From: Vibrio cholerae ATCC 14035
GTDB lineage: Bacteria; Pseudomonadota; Gammaproteobacteria; Enterobacterales; Vibrionaceae
DNA length: 32,000 bases
NCBI RefSeq assembly: GCF_000621645.1
Contig: NZ_JHXR01000017.1
Span: 1-32,000 of the forward strand
Direction: 5' to 3'
A program made the position numbers and the translations under genes. Positions within the stretch are counted from its first letter, which is position 1. Each line of letters opens with the position of its first letter. Shown piece by piece: positions 27,809 to 32,000 of this stretch. Below the pieces are notes generated by a model that was given only the letters and a program-made list of their open reading frames with translations, had not been told where the DNA came from and searched no databases.

Positions 27809-28363
27809 ATGAAGAAAATGCAGCAAGGCTTTTCATTGGTGGAACTGGTCATCGTGATTGTGGTGGTTGGGTTACTGGCTGTCGCCGCTTTGCCCCGTTT
27901 TCTTGATGTGACCGATGAGGCGAAGAAAGCCAGTATTGAGGGGGTTGCAGGGGGCTTTGCCACTGGTGTTCTCTCTGCACGAGCGCAATGGGAGGCGCAA
28001 GCTCGCCCCACGTTGACCGCCAATAATTACCCTTCCATTAATTATGATGGAGTTAATTTTTGGTTAACCACCTCCGCAACCAGCGGCTATCGTGATGGTT
28101 ATCCTTTGGGCTTGAATACCGATGATGCGACTTATCCTTCAGGTCTCACGGATCAGGCTTGTATAGATTTAATGAACAATTTGCTGCAAAACCCACCTCA
28201 AGTGGGCACGGAAACTCAAGCGGCGAGCAATTCTAATTACAAATATTCAGCGAAAGCGAATAGTGGTGCTGCCACATGCACTTATGCGCAAAATGAAAAA
28301 GGCAGCCAACATGAATTTGTTTATGAAGTTAACACTGGTCGCGTGACCGTAACCTTGCAGTAA
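27809..28363 (+). CDS. mshB: Type IV prepilin-like protein MshB
   Basis: The track ORF starts at 27773. The ATG at 27809 gives the typical short leader MKKMQQG|FSLVELVIVIVVVGLLA, with Glu at +5. Two C-terminal Cys could form a disulfide loop. Confidence 0.88.
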   Translation: MKKMQQGFSLVELVIVIVVVGLLAVAALPRFLDVTDEAKKASIEGVAGGFATGVLSARAQWEAQARPTLTANNYPSINYDGVNFWLTTSATSGYRDGYPLGLNTDDATYPSGLTDQACIDLMNNLLQNPPQVGTETQAASNSNYKYSAKANSGAATCTYAQNEKGSQHEFVYEVNTGRVTVTLQ

Positions 28364-28397
28364 TGCTGCGTATTCACATGAAAGAGAGATGGTAATA

Positions 28398-28925
28398 ATG
28401 AAAAGACAAGGTGGTTTCACCCTAATCGAATTGGTCGTGGTGATTGTAATTCTCGGTATCTTGGCCGTCACAGCAGCGCCACGTTTCTTAAACCTGCAAG
28501 GCGATGCGCGAGAAGCGTCTTTAGAAGGTCTTCGAGGTGCAGTTGCTGGTGCAATGGGTATCTCATATGGACGAGCTGCAATTAAAGGCATTGAAACGTT
28601 AGACTACACAGCATATACAGATGCAAATACACCTGGAACAGTTATTGATGGCATTGCCCATAAGTTTGGTTATCCAACGGCAGTAAATGATTCAACAGCA
28701 AATCTAGGTGGTATTATGCAAACGCTAGATACTTCGAGTGAGTTTATTGCGTTGCAATCGTCTACAGGAACAAATAGTAATCAAGCTAATTTATGGATTG
28801 ACATAGGCTTCAATGGTTATAACGATCTATGTGTCCGTTATACAGCTGCAACCTCTAATAATCCTGCAACGGTTGCTATGCAGACTGGGGTTGCTGGAAC
28901 TGCTTGTGGTAAACCAGCGCAATAA
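28398..28925 (+). CDS. mshA: Major MSHA pilin MshA
   Basis: The leader is MKRQGG|FTLIELVVVIVILGILAVTAAPRF when started at the ATG at 28398 (GAGAG ~9 nt upstream); the ORF also has an ATG at 28389. Two Cys near the C-terminus (DLCVRY, GTACGK) could form a D-region. The C-terminal two-thirds is AT-rich. Confidence 0.9.
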   Translation: MKRQGGFTLIELVVVIVILGILAVTAAPRFLNLQGDAREASLEGLRGAVAGAMGISYGRAAIKGIETLDYTAYTDANTPGTVIDGIAHKFGYPTAVNDSTANLGGIMQTLDTSSEFIALQSSTGTNSNQANLWIDIGFNGYNDLCVRYTAATSNNPATVAMQTGVAGTACGKPAQ

Positions 28926-28934
28926 TTTAAATAT

Positions 28935-28961
28935 GGCTCGTGCATGTAACGAGCCTATTTT
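28935..28961 (+). terminator. Hairpin plus T-rich tract just downstream of mshA (probable partial terminator / attenuator)
   Basis: GGCTCGT (28935-28941), a 7-nt loop, ACGAGCC (28949-28955), then TATTTTA running into the mshC ATG at 28962. Confidence 0.45.
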
Positions 28962-29450
28962 ATGAAAATTATAGGTAAAGGTTTTACCCTTATTGAACTG
29001 GTAGTGGTGATTATCCTACTAGGGATACTCTCTGCTTATGCGGCAAGCCGATTTTTGGGGCCTTCCTCCTTTGCGGTGGTAACCACGCAGAGTGAAATAT
29101 TAGCCTCACTGCGGTTAACCCAAAGCCGCGCGATGCAGCGTACGGGGTATTGTAATCGTTGGCTTTTGACCAGCAACGCCGCCATTCAAGTTTCTCCGCA
29201 GGCTATGCAAGGCAGTTGTCTTAGCGTTTTTCCCAGTAACCCTACCGATCCTTCGTGGGTGGATGCCGCCGTCAGTGGTGTGGCGCTTTCCTTGGCGGGT
29301 TCGGGTGGGGCTTCTTTTCTTGATTTCGATAGTTTAGGCCGTGCTACGCAATGTATCAGTGCTGGGTGCACGGTGAGCATCAGCAGTTCGACGCACAATG
29401 AGGTTCGCCAAGTCTGCATCAATACCGAAGGGTATATCTATGCCTGTTAA
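28962..29450 (+). CDS. mshC: Type IV prepilin-like minor pilin MshC
   Basis: 162 aa with leader MKIIGKG|FTLIELVVVIILLGIL and Glu at +5. Confidence 0.88.
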   Translation: MKIIGKGFTLIELVVVIILLGILSAYAASRFLGPSSFAVVTTQSEILASLRLTQSRAMQRTGYCNRWLLTSNAAIQVSPQAMQGSCLSVFPSNPTDPSWVDAAVSGVALSLAGSGGASFLDFDSLGRATQCISAGCTVSISSSTHNEVRQVCINTEGYIYAC

Positions 29451-30009
29451 GCCGATGATTGCTAAGCGTGGTTTTACCTTGGTTGAGATGATCATCGTGA
29501 TTGTGGTGTTGGGCGTTGCACTGGTCGGCGTAACCACCTCGTTATATCCACGCTCCAAACAGAGTGCTGAGCAAGTGTTATCGGTGAAAGCCGCAGAATT
29601 GGGGCGGGCAGTACTGGATGAAGTTTTGGGGCGTGCTTTTGATCAACACTCAGGCCCGAATGGTGGCTTACCTGAATGTGTGATTACGGAAACGGCTGGA
29701 CGTACGCTTTGCAGTGCACCATCCGCGTTAGGTAAAGATACAGGTGAATCCAATAACACAGAATTCAACGATGTGGATGATTACATCACATCAAGCCCAA
29801 TACCCGTCACTGATGTGCTGGGTACGGATATTTCCTCTGAATACCAACGCTTTAGCGTATCGATACAAGTGTTTTATGTATCAGATAATGGCGGTCAATT
29901 TTCGGCAACGCCTGCTACAGAGCGAACCCACTACAAACGTATTGCATTAGTGATTTACGATCCGCAAGGTAATGCGTATCCGTTTGCTGCGATTAAGGGG
30001 AACTACTGA
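29440..30009 (+). CDS. mshD: Type IV prepilin-like minor pilin MshD
   Basis: The ATG at 29440 has GAAGGG 7 nt upstream and overlaps the mshC end by 11 nt. It gives MPVKPMIAKRG|FTLVEMIIVIVVLGVAL. An alternative ATG at 29455 would give the 6-aa leader MIAKRG. The track ORF starts at 29398. Confidence 0.85.
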   Translation: MPVKPMIAKRGFTLVEMIIVIVVLGVALVGVTTSLYPRSKQSAEQVLSVKAAELGRAVLDEVLGRAFDQHSGPNGGLPECVITETAGRTLCSAPSALGKDTGESNNTEFNDVDDYITSSPIPVTDVLGTDISSEYQRFSVSIQVFYVSDNGGQFSATPATERTHYKRIALVIYDPQGNAYPFAAIKGNY

Positions 30010-30778
30010 TGAGCCGTGGTTTCACCCTAATCGAAATGGTGATCACTATTATCTTGCTTGGCATTGTTGGCTTATTTCTGGGCAATATTGCTGGGCAAGC
30101 GATGGGGATTTACGTCGATACCACTGCGCGTGAAGCCTTAATCCAGCAAGGGCGTTTTTTAACGGAACGTATGAGCCGTGAACTGCGTGAAGCTGTACCC
30201 AATAGCGTAATCGTGGCCAATGGTTGTATTGAGTTTCTGCCGATTGTAAACAGCGCGATTTATCAGTCATTACCGACGAATACCGTGAATACTCTGCGCC
30301 TCTTGCCCATCACTAAGTCGATCCAAGCGGGAGAGCGTTTAGTGATTTCTCCCAATGATCCTGCTGCGTTACGCGCCGCTCTCTTACCAGCAGCGGGGCA
30401 AATTGCCGAAGTCGCCAGTACTGTTGATTTCACCCCACCACAGGATCGCACTATGGTGAATGTCCCCTTAGTCAGGGCACTTTGTTTACCCTACAGTCGC
30501 CCGCGAATCGCGCCTATTTTTATACTACCCCCGTGGCATATTGTTACCAAGGTAACAGCATCTACCGCTATGCAGGCTATAGTTTGAATAGAACGGCCTT
30601 GTCACCTGCCTATTTAGGGAATGGGGTGTTAATGGCGCAGAGCCTGAGTGGAGCCAATTTCAGTGTGTTAGCCCCACAGTTGCAGCGCAATGGATTAGTC
30701 AAAATTGAGCTGACTTTTGCCGATAAAGGTGAGCAAGTAAGGTTTGATCATGATGCTCTGGTCTACAACACACCGTAA
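30009..30778 (+). pseudogene. mshO: Minor pilin gene mshO with an interrupted reading frame (two overlapping ORFs, 30009-30587 and 30482-30778)
   Basis: The first ORF starts MSRG|FTLIEMVITIILLGIVG (prepilin type). Its last ~35 aa (ALCLPYSRPRIAPIFILPPWHIVTKV...) look out of frame. The -1 frame is open from 30428 and encodes a plausible continuation (..SQGTLFTLQSPANRAYFYTTPVAYCYQGNSIYRYAGYSL...) up to the stop at 30778. The 770-nt span is not a multiple of 3. Confidence 0.7.
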
Positions 30779-31175
30779 GCAGCAGGGCAATGCCTTGATT
30801 CTCGTGGTTTTTATTATCGTAGTGGTTGGATTTGTTGCGCTGGTGGCCAATCGCAATCAAGCGCGTAGTAGCCAACAACTGGTGTCTATGGTGCTTGGTA
30901 CTCGCGCGGAAATGGCCGCCCGCTCGGCACTTAATATCGAGCTCAGTCGTTTTTATCAAAGCAATAAGAGCGCGGGCAGTTGCTACACGACATCTCCTCA
31001 ATCTATGGATTTTGCAGGGGAAGGATTAGCACAATGTGAGGCAACCGTATCATGTCTGTCTCTTGGGGCATTGGATAATGGGCAAGCGGTGTATCAGCTC
31101 AGTGCAACAGGGCGTTGTCAGGTAGGAGATTGGAGCTTACAACGCATTATTGAAGTAGGAGTGAAAAGTGAATAA
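30750..31175 (+). CDS. mshP: MshP, pilin-like protein with a non-canonical N-terminus
   Basis: The track ORF starts at the TTG at 30744. The ATG at 30750 has TAAGG 7 nt upstream. The sequence is ..HRKQQG|NALILVVFIIVVVGFVALV: a hydrophobic pilin-like helix with no Phe at +1 and no Glu at +5, as in PilX/GspK-type minor pilins. It overlaps the end of mshO. Confidence 0.8.
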   Translation: MMLWSTTHRKQQGNALILVVFIIVVVGFVALVANRNQARSSQQLVSMVLGTRAEMAARSALNIELSRFYQSNKSAGSCYTTSPQSMDFAGEGLAQCEATVSCLSLGALDNGQAVYQLSATGRCQVGDWSLQRIIEVGVKSE

Positions 31176-32000
31176 GTGGTTAGCCAAAACGCTAGTGGGA
31201 TTGGGATGTTTTGCATTGCTCTCTGCTTATGCTTTGGCATTTCAGGATATTGATCACTCAATTTATTTTCCCAGTGTTGTTCAAGGCCATGGCAGTTGTA
31301 GTGGCGCACCAAATCCGCAGTTAATTCAGTACAACAGCGCAAGAATTAACGGAACGAATAATTCAGTTGTAGATTTTTGTTCTATTAATGCTACCAATGA
31401 ACGGCCTAATACTCGTTGTGATAATAATCTTTGCCAAGTTTCTGGTAATACTGTGCCTTCGCTTAGCCTTGCTGGGATTAATGCATTTAAAACATCAAGC
31501 GTTAGTGGAACGGAAATAGGTTGGTGTAATAGTGGGCAAAGTATTCTTCTATCAAAAACGAATATTGGGACTGTACAACTTTATGCCTCATGTACATTAA
31601 GTTTTACCGGACAGACTGAATATAAAATTAAATCTTTGGATATGGGAAGTGGTGCGACTCTTGTTCTTTCCAGCGGTGATTACTGGATTGAATCTCTGCA
31701 ACTTAACCAAGGAGGTGAAGTCGTTGTGGATGGGGATGTACGCCTTTTTATTCGCAATAATTCTGATTGGAATAGTGCACAGATTAATGTCTCAGGATCA
31801 GGCAATTTAACCATTGTTGGTTATAACAACATCACATTAAATCAATCGAATCAGGTAAAGGCTTATCTCTATGTCGGTGGCACATTAACTCTGCATAACA
31901 CATCTGTCATTAATGGACGGGTCACAAGTCGTCGATTATTTATGGAGGCTAATACTGAGATTAACCAAAATGAACAGCAAGGCTATGCTTGTTTTACCGA
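31168..32000 (+). CDS. mshQ: MshQ, large MSHA-associated exported protein (5' part only; runs off the window)
   Basis: This ORF is missing from the track because it has no stop in the window. I translated it by hand from the GTG at 31168 (AGGAG 6 nt upstream, 8-nt overlap with mshP) and found no stop to 32000. The N-terminus (V)NKWLAKTLVGLGCFALLSAYA looks like a signal peptide. It is followed by a Cys-rich segment, then Asn/Gly-rich beta-strand-like repeats (VVVDGDVRLFIRNNS..INVSGSGNLTIVGYNNITLNQ..). Confidence 0.8.
   Translation, partial: MNKWLAKTLVGLGCFALLSAYALAFQDIDHSIYFPSVVQGHGSCSGAPNPQLIQYNSARINGTNNSVVDFCSINATNERPNTRCDNNLCQVSGNTVPSLSLAGINAFKTSSVSGTEIGWCNSGQSILLSKTNIGTVQLYASCTLSFTGQTEYKIKSLDMGSGATLVLSSGDYWIESLQLNQGGEVVVDGDVRLFIRNNSDWNSAQINVSGSGNLTIVGYNNITLNQSNQVKAYLYVGGTLTLHNTSVINGRVTSRRLFMEANTEINQNEQQGYACFT

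Noticed and set aside
30464-30467. The mshO frameshift as programmed phase variation at a homopolymer
   Set aside because: The candidate tracts are only 3-4 nt long, far shorter than known contingency-locus homopolymers. Mutation or sequencing error is more parsimonious.
18236-32000. Whether the 14-kb pilus cluster is a novel secretion or pilus system
   Set aside because: Gene order, sizes and motifs match the well-described MSHA type IVa pilus locus (mshI-J-K-L-M-N-E-G-F, then mshB-A-C-D-O-P-Q) gene for gene, with no extra or unexplained ORFs within it.
1-32000. A search for tRNA/rRNA genes, CRISPR repeats, integrases/transposases, toxin-antitoxin pairs and defence islands
   Set aside because: There are no regularly spaced repeats, no cloverleaf-like GC-rich ~75-nt segments in the intergenic gaps, and no ORFs with recombinase or nuclease signatures. 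All intergenic gaps are short and are accounted for by promoters, terminators or the riboswitch.

Overview
This window is a gene-dense chromosomal segment that looks like Vibrio cholerae. I recognise the gene order from memory as roughly VC0389 to VC0414; this needs confirming by alignment.

The left ~18 kb is housekeeping:
- a CPA1/NhaP cation:proton antiporter (-)
- metH (+)
- lysC (-), with a clear lysine riboswitch leader and promoter
- an AGXT-type class V aminotransferase (+)
- a Wzy_C/PglL-like O-oligosaccharyltransferase (-)
- uvrA (-), with a LexA box
- galU (-)
- a LuxR-type regulator matching QstR (-)
- ssb (+)
- csrD/mshH (+)

The right ~14 kb is the mannose-sensitive haemagglutinin (MSHA) type IVa pilus locus in its canonical order. 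The assembly/secretion genes mshI-J-K-L-M-N-E-G-F come first. The pilin genes mshB-A-C-D-O-P-Q follow, and mshQ runs off the right edge.

I found no tRNA, rRNA, CRISPR array, transposase, integrase or defence-type genes. I do not see a previously undescribed system. Everything maps to known families, and the MSHA locus is well characterised.

The observations most worth a second look:
1. mshO is split into two overlapping frames, an apparent 1-nt frameshift.
2. GC content drops sharply in the variable two-thirds of mshA and in mshQ, while the minor-pilin genes between them stay at normal GC.
3. A perfect MetJ met-box pair overlaps the putative metH promoter.
4. The PglL-like gene starts 12 nt after the uvrA terminator, leaving no room for its own promoter.
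5. galU-qstR sit between uvrA and ssb, and only uvrA has a LexA box.

All coordinates, motif calls and GC figures come from reading the sequence by hand. No searches were run.
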